DNA of 62,683 nucleotides, filler included, from a bacterium (GTDB lineage: Bacteria > JACRDZ01 > JAQUKH01): NCBI GenBank assembly GCA_028719205.1. It is 3 parts of 3 records of this genome, joined end to end, with 100 filler letters (N's around TTAATTAATTAA, not from the genome) between each part and the next. Parts side by side here need not be neighbours in the genome. Positions count along the whole stretch, not along the records: positions 28,051 to 54,335 come from JAQUKH010000034.1; positions 54,436 to 62,683 come from JAQUKH010000054.1; 1 more part is not named here. One strand, written 5' to 3'. The number at the start of each line of letters is the position of its first letter. The first letter of the stretch is position 1. The notes under the pieces were generated by a model that was not told the origin of the DNA, searched no databases, and worked only from the letters and a program-made list of their open reading frames with translations. A program made the position numbers and the translations under genes. Shown here in pieces: positions 49,490 through 59,426 of this stretch.

Positions 49490-50401
49490 ATGCCAGAAAA
49501 AAATAACGAATATCCTATAATAGAAATGAAGTTTACTTCAGAAGAGGATCTTATATATCTTGTTAAACAGAAATTAGGGCAGGTTGAGCCGGATATAAAG
49601 ATTATTAAAGAAAAAAAACTGTCTTTTGAGGATGAGGAGAATTTTTATCTTCTGGCTCATGATCAAAATAAAAAATTTGTCCTTATAGCGGTAAAAATAT
49701 ATGAAGATGAAAATTGGCTTTACCGTATTGTCGACCACCTTGAATGGTTCCAGCATTATCTCCAAAGATCGCACGATACACTCCCTCAAAATGAACGAAT
49801 AGCGCTTAATTTAAAAGACGCGAGAATAATTCTCATCGCCCCGTCTTTTTCAGATCCTTTAAAAAAATGTGTTCCCTACTTATCAATACCATTAAGCCTT
49901 TATGAGTATCGTTATCTAAAGGTCGGATATCAGCAGGGCCTGCTTTTAAATCCAATAAAATGGAAAAGTATGCAGATAGAAAATGTGGTTGAATTAAATA
50001 TTAATCCTCCGCTAAAACCGATCCTTGATAATTTTATCAATAAACTTTCAAAATTAGATACAAAAATAATCCTGAATTATGAAAAAAACCATATTGATCT
50101 GACCTTTAACGAGCAGTCCCTGGGGCAGATACGTTTCGCGAAGAAATTTTTCTGGATAGACACGGGGCTGGGATCATGGCAAAGTATTTGCGTGGAAAAT
50201 GAAGCATCTTCTCATATTGCGTGGGAAAAAATAAAACTGATATACCTTCATCTTGGCGGTGAAAATGAAGAGTTGTTAGAGGAAGATATGGAATCTTCCT
50301 CGGAATCCTGTTCACCGGTAAAAAATCCGAATGGGTTAACCCAGGAAGAAATTATGGAACTCAGCAAAATAGATCAGGATGTAAGAAATATCCTGAATTA
50401 A
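49490..50401 (+). CDS. Hypothetical protein, N-terminus resembling a degenerate NucS/PD-(D/E)xK fold
   Basis: SEEDL, FYLLAHDQNKKFVLIAVK, ARIILIAPSF; GGAGG RBS; acidic tail ending GLTQEEIMEL. Confidence 0.7.
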   Translation: MPEKNNEYPIIEMKFTSEEDLIYLVKQKLGQVEPDIKIIKEKKLSFEDEENFYLLAHDQNKKFVLIAVKIYEDENWLYRIVDHLEWFQHYLQRSHDTLPQNERIALNLKDARIILIAPSFSDPLKKCVPYLSIPLSLYEYRYLKVGYQQGLLLNPIKWKSMQIENVVELNINPPLKPILDNFINKLSKLDTKIILNYEKNHIDLTFNEQSLGQIRFAKKFFWIDTGLGSWQSICVENEASSHIAWEKIKLIYLHLGGENEELLEEDMESSSESCSPVKNPNGLTQEEIMELSKIDQDVRNILN

Positions 50402-51039
50402 ATTTCCCTGATCGGGCATAGAGAACACTTTGGATCTTTATTCGAACAGAATTCTTTTCCTGTTCTTACGATTAACGCGTGATATTCATTATATAATTTT
50501 AAATTCCCGGGCAGATTTTTTTCAATAAAGTGTTTCAATTCATCATAAGGCAGACCTTCTTCAATTAATTTATGCCTTGAAAAGATCCTGCGGGTATAAG
50601 CGTCAACAACAAACGATAATTTCCCGCCGGCATAAAGCATAATACTATCCGCGGTTTCCGGGCCGATCCCGGAAATATCAAGAAGAACATTACGTAAAGT
50701 TTTCCCTTCCTGATCTAACATTTTCCCAAGATCACCCTCGTATCCGGAAAAAAGGATATTCAGAAAATTATTCAGCCGTTTTGCTTTTAGATTGTAATAT
50801 CCGCTTGATCTTATCAGTGAACCCAGTTTCTCCAATGGAAGGTCATATAGTTCACGCGGGGTCAGGACTTTATTATTTTTCAGATTTTGTATGGAAACCG
50901 AAACGTTTTTCCAGGCGGTATTTTGTGTTAGTATCGCACCGACAATTACTTCGAAAGGAGAATCCCCGGGCCACCAATGCTGAGGGCCAAAAGCGGAATA
51001 CAATTTATCATAGATCAGTTTAATCTTTGGATTTTTCAT
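50398..51039 (-). CDS. Endonuclease III-like HhH-GPD protein
   Basis: GPQHWWP, GAILTQNTAW, ISGIGPETAD, FVVDAYTRR, CSNKDPKCSLCP. Confidence 0.9.
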   Translation of the reverse strand: MKNPKIKLIYDKLYSAFGPQHWWPGDSPFEVIVGAILTQNTAWKNVSVSIQNLKNNKVLTPRELYDLPLEKLGSLIRSSGYYNLKAKRLNNFLNILFSGYEGDLGKMLDQEGKTLRNVLLDISGIGPETADSIMLYAGGKLSFVVDAYTRRIFSRHKLIEEGLPYDELKHFIEKNLPGNLKLYNEYHALIVRTGKEFCSNKDPKCSLCPIREI

Positions 51040-51634
51040 TAACTGACGGAATATTTACTTTTTCTGCTCCATTCGCGTTAACAATTACATAACCAAATTC
51101 CTCGCTATTTGATTTATCTCCCGCGCCAAAGATTTTTGCTGTTATCATTACCCAATCTCCTGATAAGATTTTTTTCAGTTCCCTGTCCATTTTTTTATCA
51201 AAATACGCGAAAAATAATCCGTCTTTTCTGGCTACCAGATCCTTTGAACTTAAATTTCTTGCCAAAAGATACCATTTTATCCGTCCGTCATCGGCCGTCC
51301 CGATCTTGTCCAGATAGCAGATCCATTTAATATTTCTATCCTGATATCCTATCGGCGCCTTATGAACTTCATCCCAGGTCAGATCTCCCTTATCCTCCAG
51401 AAAGATCTGATCAACCATAGTTTTTGGAACCCAAAAGGTGACCCTGGCCTGAACCCATGACCCTCTTTCATCTAATTGTTCAACGATAATATTATTAAAA
51501 AGCATGCCTGCCGCCGGGCCATCAGGATCAGTATAAATCTCTGTTGATTTATCCTTTATTTTTAAATCAACCGCGAATATAGAAGTCACCTGACATAAAA
51601 TTATCATACTAAATAAAATAAATACTTTTTTCAT
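51020..51634 (-). CDS. Hypothetical exported protein (possible SH3-like plus OB-like domains)
   Basis: Signal peptide (IFA), ERGSWVQARVTFWV; overlaps the Nth-like start. Confidence 0.7.
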   Translation of the reverse strand: MKKVFILFSMIILCQVTSIFAVDLKIKDKSTEIYTDPDGPAAGMLFNNIIVEQLDERGSWVQARVTFWVPKTMVDQIFLEDKGDLTWDEVHKAPIGYQDRNIKWICYLDKIGTADDGRIKWYLLARNLSSKDLVARKDGLFFAYFDKKMDRELKKILSGDWVMITAKIFGAGDKSNSEEFGYVIVNANGAEKVNIPSVNEKSKD

Positions 51635-51742
51635 AATTATCCCCTTATTAAAATTTGTTATTTTTCAGGATTAGTGATAAAATATAAAAAGTTCTAAAAA
51701 AATATAATACCAAATTTTAATAAAAATAACAATACCCAAATC

Positions 51743-53128
51743 ATGTTTATAGATTCACACTGCCATTTAAGTTTTCCCCAATACGAACAGGACCGGACGG
51801 AATTGATCAATCGCCTTCAAAATGAAGGTATAGATTACGCGGTCGATATCGGCACGGAAGAAGATAATTGGGCTAATGTTCTTTCCTTGTCGCAGCAATA
51901 TGATTTTATTTATTCGGCGCTTGGTGTCCATCCGCATGAGGCTCAAAAAATTAATGACCAGACCTGGGAACGGCTTAAAAAACTTTCTAAGGATAAAAAA
52001 GTAATAGCTATCGGGGAAACAGGGCTGGATTTTTACCGCAATCTTTCTCCAAAAGAAATCCAAATAGCTGCGTTTCGGAAACACATCCAGATCGCGAAAG
52101 AAACCGGGAAACCTCTTATAATCCATATCCGGGACGCCTATCAGGATGCGATTACCGTGATAAAAGAAGAAAAGGCTTATGAATGCGGCGGAGTGATACA
52201 CTGCTTTTCCGGCACCTATGAATCAGCGAAGATCCTTATGGATGAGAATTTTTTCATATCATTCGCGGGACAGATCACCTTTCCTCCTGTCCGCCATGGC
52301 GGAAAAAATAATTATCCGGAGCTTATTAAAAAAATACCGATCGAAAAAATACTGATCGAGACCGACGCGCCGTATCTTTCGCCTGTTCCTAAAAGAGGGC
52401 AAAGAAATGAGCCGGCTTTTATTAAGTATACTGCGCAAAAAATAGCTGGAATAAAAGGGCTTTCAGTTGAAGATATCGCCAGGATAACCAGCCTGAACGC
52501 CAAACAGGTTTTTTCTATAAGCGTTATTAAAAACGAAGGCCGGATCACTTATCCGATCCGAAACTCTTTATACCTTAACTTAACAAACCGCTGTACCAGT
52601 GAATGCGCTTTTTGCGTCCGGTACAAAACAGATTTTGTTAAAGGGCATAACCTGAGGCTTCATAAAGAACCTGAATTGGAAGAAATTTTAAATGAGTTAA
52701 AAGATGTGGAAAAATATAAAGAGGTGGTATTCTGCGGCTTTGGAGAACCTTTGATCCGCTTAGACCTGGTTAAAGAAATATGCAAAAATCTAAAAAAACG
52801 TAATATACCCGTCAGGATCGATACCAACGGGCACGGGAACCTGATCCACAAAAGAAATATCCTGCCTGAATTAAAGGGGCTGGTAGATTCGATCTCTATC
52901 AGTTTGAACGCGGAAAATGAGGAAAAATATTTTAAGATCTGCCATCCATCTTTCGGAAAAGAAACTTACGCGAAAGTAATAGAATTTATTAAAGAGGCAA
53001 AAAAATATATCCCGGAAGTAAATATAAGTGTGGTAGGTTTACCCGGAGTAGATATAGAAAAATGTAAAAGTATCGCTCTGGAATTAGGAGTAGGGTTCCG
53101 TCTGCGGGAATATGATGAGGTGGGATAA
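51743..53128 (+). CDS. TatD nuclease fused to TatD-associated radical SAM domain
   Basis: DSHCH, GVHPH, IGETGLD, HCFSG, ETDAPY; then LYLNLTNRCTSECAFC, FCGFGEP, DTNGHG. Confidence 0.92.
   Translation: MFIDSHCHLSFPQYEQDRTELINRLQNEGIDYAVDIGTEEDNWANVLSLSQQYDFIYSALGVHPHEAQKINDQTWERLKKLSKDKKVIAIGETGLDFYRNLSPKEIQIAAFRKHIQIAKETGKPLIIHIRDAYQDAITVIKEEKAYECGGVIHCFSGTYESAKILMDENFFISFAGQITFPPVRHGGKNNYPELIKKIPIEKILIETDAPYLSPVPKRGQRNEPAFIKYTAQKIAGIKGLSVEDIARITSLNAKQVFSISVIKNEGRITYPIRNSLYLNLTNRCTSECAFCVRYKTDFVKGHNLRLHKEPELEEILNELKDVEKYKEVVFCGFGEPLIRLDLVKEICKNLKKRNIPVRIDTNGHGNLIHKRNILPELKGLVDSISISLNAENEEKYFKICHPSFGKETYAKVIEFIKEAKKYIPEVNISVVGLPGVDIEKCKSIALELGVGFRLREYDEVG
52286..52303. repeat. 18-nt in-frame palindromic insert in tatD
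   Basis: CCTG-TCCGCCATGGCGGA (perfect 14-nt palindrome) encoding PVRHGG between ITFP and KN. Confidence 0.7.
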
Positions 53129-53140
53129 ATATACGCAGTT

Positions 53141-54334
53141 TTAATGTTTCAATTTTTGTTCAGCCATAATTTTTATTGCCAAATTCCGCGCTTGATAAAC
53201 GCGCGCGTTATCCCCGCGTGTTTCATATCTTACCCACGCTTCCAAATCCAGTTTTTTAGGCGCGTCAGGCAGGCGGGACCAAAACGTGTAAGCTTCATCT
53301 AAACGTCCGCTTCCAAGATACGCGGAGCCAAGCATTTGCAATGTTACAGGATCTGATTTGTCGCGCGCGCGGGCCGTTTCCAGTAATTTTACGGCGCCGG
53401 CGTAATCATTCCGCTCAAGCGCGAGCATTGCCAATCTCTGATTGGCGGAAACATTGCCGGGATCCAGAGCCAATGCCTTTCGGAAATATGGTTCAATCTT
53501 AGAGTAATCTGCCTTGCGCCTGGTGAACTCAACCAGTTTATCGGGGTATTTGTACTGGCCGAGTTCCAGGCGTGTTTGATATATACTGCCAAGATTTGTA
53601 TACAATGCCGGCATGACCAGTTTCCGCCCTGACACCAATCCCAAAATGATAAATAGAAACGCGCCGAGTACGCGTTGCCGGTTCCAGATATCAGATAATT
53701 TCCTTACCGGTGAATGTCCGGTTGATGCCACAGTCAATCCTATCGGCACAAACATTAATGGTAACCAGACTGTCGAATAAAGGCTAACGTCCATTAAATC
53801 ATGGCATAGCATTGTTGTTGCTGATACTAAAGCGCCGGCTGCCAGCATATTTAACTGATTACGGCGTTTCCAAATCCAAATATAGAACGCGAAAACCAGC
53901 CAGATAAAGGCAATCAATCCCAAAAGGCCTTGCTCGATCCAGACCTGCAAAAAAGTGCTTTCCGCGTGAGGAATAAAAGGTACCTGTATCAAAAGGTTGT
54001 AAGTTGATAAAACCATGGGATAGACACCTAGTCCGCTGCCGGTGAAAAAGTATGCCTGGATCAATCGCCACGTGCGCCAATTATACTCCATATGCGAATC
54101 AATCAGGCCGTTGACCCCGGCAAGGCTCAAATGACTGAAACCAAATAAAATAAATAACAGAAAACCGGCCCCTAAAACGATAGCTGCAGATATCAATGCC
54201 CAAATTGCCGCTGAGGAATGTATGTGCCCGCGAAGTATTTTTACGAGGTGTATTATAAGGGCAACCAATAAAACGGTGCCCAGAATGATCAGTGAGCGCA
54301 AGGAACTGGACATTAAGCCGAATAATATGAGCAG
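53141..54334 (-). CDS. 5'-truncated O-antigen ligase/polymerase-like membrane protein with C-terminal TPR
   Basis: R..W...FTGSGLG, PHAESTFLQVWIEQGLLGL; FRKALALDPGN; frame open to the gap. Confidence 0.8.
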   Translation of the reverse strand: MLILFGLMSSSLRSLIILGTVLLVALIIHLVKILRGHIHSSAAIWALISAAIVLGAGFLLFILFGFSHLSLAGVNGLIDSHMEYNWRTWRLIQAYFFTGSGLGVYPMVLSTYNLLIQVPFIPHAESTFLQVWIEQGLLGLIAFIWLVFAFYIWIWKRRNQLNMLAAGALVSATTMLCHDLMDVSLYSTVWLPLMFVPIGLTVASTGHSPVRKLSDIWNRQRVLGAFLFIILGLVSGRKLVMPALYTNLGSIYQTRLELGQYKYPDKLVEFTRRKADYSKIEPYFRKALALDPGNVSANQRLAMLALERNDYAGAVKLLETARARDKSDPVTLQMLGSAYLGSGRLDEAYTFWSRLPDAPKKLDLEAWVRYETRGDNARVYQARNLAIKIMAEQKLKH

Positions 54335-54335
54335 G

Positions 54336-54435
54336 NNNNNNNNNNNNNNNNNNNNNNNNNNNNNNNNNNNNNNNNNNNNTTAATTAATTAANNNNNNNNN
54401 NNNNNNNNNNNNNNNNNNNNNNNNNNNNNNNNNNN
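54336..54435. other. Artificial contig join (linker at 54380-54391)
   Basis: N44-TTAATTAATTAA-N44. Confidence 0.95.
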
Positions 54436-54436
54436 T

Positions 54437-55045
54437 ATAGAAGCGGCTTCAAGCAGTATATCTGCCAAAATAGTAAAGATGTCCCTGGAAAAAGGGAAAA
54501 AGGTCCTTGCCTTAAGTGTTGGCGGGCTTATAAAGGATTTTACTGAATATAAAAAGCTCGCGCAATTGAAAGGCGGCAGGCTTTATATTCCTTCCGGCGC
54601 GGTAGCGGGTATTGACGGTTTAAAGGCGGTTTCCGCGAGCAAGATCGAATATGTAACATTGACTACGAAAAAACCGATCAAAGGGATCAAGGATGCGCCG
54701 TTCATAAAAAAGAATAATATAGATCTGGGAAGTATTAAGACAGATACATTGATCTTTTCAGGTAAGGTTGAAGAGGCGGTAGAGGCATTTCCTCAAAATA
54801 TAAATGTAGCCGCGAGCCTTGTTTTAAGCGGTATAGATTCTTCTTTAATTACCGTAAGGATCGTTACCAGCCCTAATTTTACAAGCAATACGCACGAGAT
54901 AAAGGCAAAGGGTGAGTTCGGGCAGATTACATGTGTGTGTGAAAATTTACCCGATCCAGATAATCCAAAAACAAGTTTTCTAGCGATATTGTCCGCGGGT
55001 GCCGCATTAAAACAAATTGTTAATCCGATAAAGATAGGGACATAA
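54437..55045 (+). CDS. nadX: 5'-truncated L-aspartate dehydrogenase
   Basis: IEAAS, LSVGGL, PSGAVAGIDG, FPQNINVAA, NTHEI, NPKTS. Confidence 0.9.
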   Translation: MEAASSSISAKIVKMSLEKGKKVLALSVGGLIKDFTEYKKLAQLKGGRLYIPSGAVAGIDGLKAVSASKIEYVTLTTKKPIKGIKDAPFIKKNNIDLGSIKTDTLIFSGKVEEAVEAFPQNINVAASLVLSGIDSSLITVRIVTSPNFTSNTHEIKAKGEFGQITCVCENLPDPDNPKTSFLAILSAGAALKQIVNPIKIGT

Positions 55046-55067
55046 AGGGGATAAAATACAAAAAGGA

Positions 55068-57722
55068 ATGGAAGTAATAACGACCCATGATAATGTTGAT
55101 TTTGACGGTCTTGCGAGTATGATAGCCGCGTCTAAACTTTTTCCTGACGCGAAACGGGTGTTGCCGGGCAGCCAGGAAAAAAGCGTCAGGCAATATTTAA
55201 CTTTATTTGGAAAATTTTGGCGGCTGGAAGAGATCAAGAGTATTGATATCTCTGATATCACAAAATTAATACTGGTTGATACGCGCCTGCCCGGACGGAT
55301 AGGAAAATTAAAAAATATAATAAGCAATAAAAAGCTCAAGATAATTATTTACGACCATCATCCGGGATTTTTGGATGATATTAAAAGCCCGCAGGATCAT
55401 TCTAAAAATTATGGCGCCACGATAACAATTCTTCTGGAAAAAATACAGTCTAAAAAGATAATCATCAACCATCAGGAGGCCACTTTATTCTGCCTGGGTT
55501 TGTATGAAGATACAGGTTCCCTGAGTTATCTTTCAACCACACCTTCTGATATAAAAATGGCAGCGTGGCTTTTAGAAAAAGGAGCGGACCTCAGTATCGT
55601 GTCTGATTTTACAAAATATGAGCTTTCCGCGGAACAAAAATCCATTTTGGAAAAATTAAATTCAAATTTAAAAGAATTTGATATTAACGGGGTGCAGGCC
55701 GTAATATCCTTTGCCAGGCTTAAAGGTTATACCGGAGACCTTTCGGTAATAACCCATCGTTTCAGGGATACCAATAATTTAAATGTTGTTTTTAATCTTT
55801 TTGAGACTGAGGAAAGGATACACTTACTGGCCAGAAGCCGCACTGAGCTTGTGGATGTTAATAAGATACTTTCAGCATTCAGCGGCGCGGGGCATTCGTC
55901 AGCCGCGTCTGCTTCTGTTCATGATCTTTCATTAAAAGAAGTCATTGATAAACTGCTCGCTACACTGAAAATAAACGTTAAACCTTTATATTTTGCCCGC
56001 GATATTATGAGTTCTCCTGTAATCAGCGTGCCGCCGGATATAAGTGTTTCAGAACTAAAGAAGATGATGCTGAGGTTTAATCACACCGGTTTTCCCGTTG
56101 AAGAGGATGGAAAACTTGTTGGAATGATAGTAAGGCAGGATATAGAAAAACTTTTAAGCCATAAGATGGAAGATGAAAAGATAAAGAATTATATGTCAAC
56201 GAACGTTATTACTATTTCTGAAGGAACTCCAATAGCTGAGATAAACAGGTTATTGGCTGAAAACGATATAGGACGCCTTCCGGTAATTGAAAATGGAAAA
56301 CTTTCAGGGATCGTTACAAGAACAGATCTGATCAAGATATTTCATTATGATCCGTCACAAATGGGTGAGGCTGTTCATACGGGCCTTGGCGCTGAAAAAT
56401 CCTTATTTGAAAAGTCCATGAAAGTCTCCGAGCTGAGATCATTATTGCCCACAATAAATAATAAGCTTCCGCTGCTTATGAAAGAACTTTTAATGGATAT
56501 AGGAAAGCAAGGTAAAAAATATGGCTTTCCTGTATACGCGGTGGGTGGTTTTGTAAGGGATCTGATACTCAGCCGAAAAAATTATGACCTTGATATTGTG
56601 GTTGAAGGAAATGGAATAAAATTTGCCCGCCTTTTGGCAAAGGAGTTGAAGGGGAAAGTAGTAGAGCATAAAAAGTTTCAGACCGCTATTATTACCTTCA
56701 AGAATAAAATGAAGATCGATGTTGCGACGGCCCGGACTGAATTCTATGAGCATCCCGCCGCTTTGCCAAGTGTGGAAAAGAGTTTTATTAAATATGACTT
56801 ATACCGCCGGGATTTCAGCCTTAATTCATTGGCTATTAATCTTGACCCCGATAATTTTGCGAAATTACTGGATTATTTTGGCGGAAGGACGGATATTAAA
56901 AGGGGAATTATACGCGTCCTTTATAATTTAAGTTTTGTTGACGACCCGACGCGTATCTTGCGCGCGGTAAGATTTGAACAAAGGTATAATTTTAAAATTG
57001 ATAGACAAACGGAATATCTTTTAAAAAACGCGCTTAAACTCGGAATGCTTGATAAAACCGCGCCGGAGAGGCTGCGTGAAGAACTCATCCTGATATTAAG
57101 CGAGGATGATCCGCTTAAAGCGTTTGTCCGTATGGAGGCCCTTGGGATCCTTTCGTGGATACATCATGGCCTGAAGATCAACCTGCGTGTAAGAAATACC
57201 ATGAAAGAAATTAATGAAGTCTTGTCATGGTTTAAGTTGTCATTTTTTAAGGATTATGTTACTGTGTGGATCATTTATCTTTTATCGCTCGTGGATCAGC
57301 TCGATGTTACTGAAATAGAATCTTTAATAAAAAAATTTAAATTTTCTAAAGTGGAATCTGGTATAATTCGTCAGGTGAAAATTGATCTGCCGCCTGTTTA
57401 TGATGAATTAAAATCAGAACAGGTGATGAGCCCGAGCGAGATCTATAATTTACTTTTTCCTTTGTCACTGGAGGCTCTTCTATATTTAATGGCAGGCACG
57501 CGGAATGTTTTGGTTAAAAAACGGGTAGCTGTTTTTTTAACAGGTTACCGTAATGAAAAATTACAAGTTACAGGGAAAGATTTGATCAGGCTCGGCTTGA
57601 AACCGTCGCCTTTATTTAAAGAAGTGCTTTATAAAATATTTTCAGCAAGACTTAACGGCGAAGTTAAAACTAAAAAGGAAGAATTAGAATTAGCTAAAAA
57701 AATAATAAAGGGAAAAATATGA
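55068..57722 (+). CDS. DHH-CBS-tRNA nucleotidyltransferase (likely A-adding enzyme)
   Basis: HDNVDFDG, VDT, DHH, EDTGS; CBS pair; VGGFVRD, DLDIV, RRDFSLN, DDPTRILRAVRF. Confidence 0.88.
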   Translation: MEVITTHDNVDFDGLASMIAASKLFPDAKRVLPGSQEKSVRQYLTLFGKFWRLEEIKSIDISDITKLILVDTRLPGRIGKLKNIISNKKLKIIIYDHHPGFLDDIKSPQDHSKNYGATITILLEKIQSKKIIINHQEATLFCLGLYEDTGSLSYLSTTPSDIKMAAWLLEKGADLSIVSDFTKYELSAEQKSILEKLNSNLKEFDINGVQAVISFARLKGYTGDLSVITHRFRDTNNLNVVFNLFETEERIHLLARSRTELVDVNKILSAFSGAGHSSAASASVHDLSLKEVIDKLLATLKINVKPLYFARDIMSSPVISVPPDISVSELKKMMLRFNHTGFPVEEDGKLVGMIVRQDIEKLLSHKMEDEKIKNYMSTNVITISEGTPIAEINRLLAENDIGRLPVIENGKLSGIVTRTDLIKIFHYDPSQMGEAVHTGLGAEKSLFEKSMKVSELRSLLPTINNKLPLLMKELLMDIGKQGKKYGFPVYAVGGFVRDLILSRKNYDLDIVVEGNGIKFARLLAKELKGKVVEHKKFQTAIITFKNKMKIDVATARTEFYEHPAALPSVEKSFIKYDLYRRDFSLNSLAINLDPDNFAKLLDYFGGRTDIKRGIIRVLYNLSFVDDPTRILRAVRFEQRYNFKIDRQTEYLLKNALKLGMLDKTAPERLREELILILSEDDPLKAFVRMEALGILSWIHHGLKINLRVRNTMKEINEVLSWFKLSFFKDYVTVWIIYLLSLVDQLDVTEIESLIKKFKFSKVESGIIRQVKIDLPPVYDELKSEQVMSPSEIYNLLFPLSLEALLYLMAGTRNVLVKKRVAVFLTGYRNEKLQVTGKDLIRLGLKPSPLFKEVLYKIFSARLNGEVKTKKEELELAKKIIKGKI

Positions 57723-58375
57723 CTCAGGTCAGTGAATTGGCAATTTCAATACCGGTGCTTTTATTTTCAGTGATAATCCACGAATGCGCGCATGGATGGA
57801 CCGCTGAAAAATTCGGCGATCCTACAGCGAGGGCTATGGGGAGATTAACATTAAACCCGCTTCCGCATATTGATCCTTTCGGGACAGTGCTTTTGCCGAT
57901 TCTTCTGGCAATGGCTAAATCACCTATTATGATAGGTTGGGCCAAACCTGTGCCGGTTAATTTTCAAAACCTGAGGAATCCGAAGAAAGATATCCTTTGG
58001 GTAGGGATTTCAGGGCCGGTTGTTAATATTCTTATGGCAATAGTTTCAGGATTGCTTTCAAAAATATTAATACTGGCAACGATAAATAATGCCAATATAT
58101 TTTCCGTGCTTTTGCCAATAAGGTTTATGTTAAAAACCAGTATTGACATAAATATTATTTTGGCGGTTTTTAATATGACCCCGATCCCTCCGCTTGACGG
58201 GTCCCGTTTTGTTTATAGCCTGCTTCCGGACAAACTGGCATATTATTATGGAAGCATGGAGAAATACGGATTCTTTGTCTTGCTGCTCTTAATGTATACA
58301 GGTATTTTAAATTTTTTTATTGTTCCATTGTACAGCGCGGTAATATTCATATTTCATTTTTTACGGATTTTGTAG
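57719..58375 (+). CDS. Site-2 protease (M50)
   Basis: HECAH, GRLTLNP, GWAKPVPVN, FNMTPIPPLDG. Confidence 0.93.
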   Translation: MTQVSELAISIPVLLFSVIIHECAHGWTAEKFGDPTARAMGRLTLNPLPHIDPFGTVLLPILLAMAKSPIMIGWAKPVPVNFQNLRNPKKDILWVGISGPVVNILMAIVSGLLSKILILATINNANIFSVLLPIRFMLKTSIDINIILAVFNMTPIPPLDGSRFVYSLLPDKLAYYYGSMEKYGFFVLLLLMYTGILNFFIVPLYSAVIFIFHFLRIL

Positions 58376-58385
58376 GGAGAATCAG

Positions 58386-59366
58386 ATGAAAAACAAAAGG
58401 ATCTTAAGCGGTATGAGGCCAAGCGGGAAACTGCATCTTGGGCATCTCGCGGGCGCTTTAAAAAACTGGATAAAATTTCAGGAAGAGGCCGAATGTTTTT
58501 ATATGGTGGCTGACTGGCATGCCTTGACCACTGAATATCAAAATACAAAAGGAATTAAAGATAATATTAAAGATATGGTAGTCGACTGGATTGCCGCGGG
58601 GATAGACCCGAAGAAGAGCGTTATCTTTGTTCAGTCGAAGGTATGCGAGCACGCGGAACTTCACTTGATCCTGTCGATGATCGTAAGCATCGCGCGCCTG
58701 GAAAGGGTTCCTTCATACAAAGATATTCAGCAGGAGCTTTCGAATAAAGACCTTTCTACTTATGGCTTTTTAGGGTATCCGGTATTACAGGCGGGAGATA
58801 TTCTCTTATATAAAACTAATTTTGTTCCGGTTGGCGAAGATCAATTGCCGCATATTGAATTGACAAGGGAGCTTGCTAAAAAATTCAACAGTTTATATAA
58901 GGAGGTATTAACGATCCCTAAAGGGATTTTGACCGAAACACCGCGCCTGCCGGGGCTTGACGGCCGTAAGATGAGTAAAAGCTATGGCAACTCGATCTAT
59001 CTTTCTGATAATGAGAGCGCGGTTTCAAAAAAAGTGATGACAATGATAACCGATCCGCAAAGGATTAAAAGAGATGATCCGGGGCATCCGGATATTTGCA
59101 TCGTATATGCTTTTCATAAAATTTATAGCGTAAAGGAAATTGATAAAATTGCCGAAAATTGTATTAGCGCGAAGATTGGATGCACTGACTGCAAAAAGGA
59201 TCTTGTCCAGAAACTAATTGAGGTCCTGAAACCGATAAATGAAAAAAGAAAAGAACTTTTATCGCAGAAAGACCTGGTTGACATGATCCTGGAAAACGGG
59301 AACGCGAAGGCGAAAAAAGTGGCCGGAAAAACATTAGATGAAGTAAAAGAAGCGATAGGATTTTAA
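58386..59366 (+). CDS. trpS: Tryptophan-tRNA ligase
   Basis: SGMRPSGKLHLGH, YPVLQAGDIL, VGEDQ, KMSKS. Confidence 0.97.
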   Translation: MKNKRILSGMRPSGKLHLGHLAGALKNWIKFQEEAECFYMVADWHALTTEYQNTKGIKDNIKDMVVDWIAAGIDPKKSVIFVQSKVCEHAELHLILSMIVSIARLERVPSYKDIQQELSNKDLSTYGFLGYPVLQAGDILLYKTNFVPVGEDQLPHIELTRELAKKFNSLYKEVLTIPKGILTETPRLPGLDGRKMSKSYGNSIYLSDNESAVSKKVMTMITDPQRIKRDDPGHPDICIVYAFHKIYSVKEIDKIAENCISAKIGCTDCKKDLVQKLIEVLKPINEKRKELLSQKDLVDMILENGNAKAKKVAGKTLDEVKEAIGF

Positions 59367-59372
59367 ATAGCT

Positions 59373-59417
59373 CGGAAGAGCGGAAGTACGGAAGACTGAA
59401 GAGTACAGAACACAGAA
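59373..59417. repeat. Degenerate 7-8-nt tandem repeats between trpS and scpA
   Basis: CGGAAGAG CGGAAGTA CGGAAGA CTGAAGAG TACAGAA CACAGAA. Confidence 0.55.
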
Positions 59418-59426
59418 AAAGAGGGG

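Noticed and set aside
50398-50460. Selenocysteine or readthrough supplying the missing fourth Cys of the Nth-like Fe-S motif
   Set aside because: The codon at that position is TAA, not TGA; more likely a simple three-Cys variant
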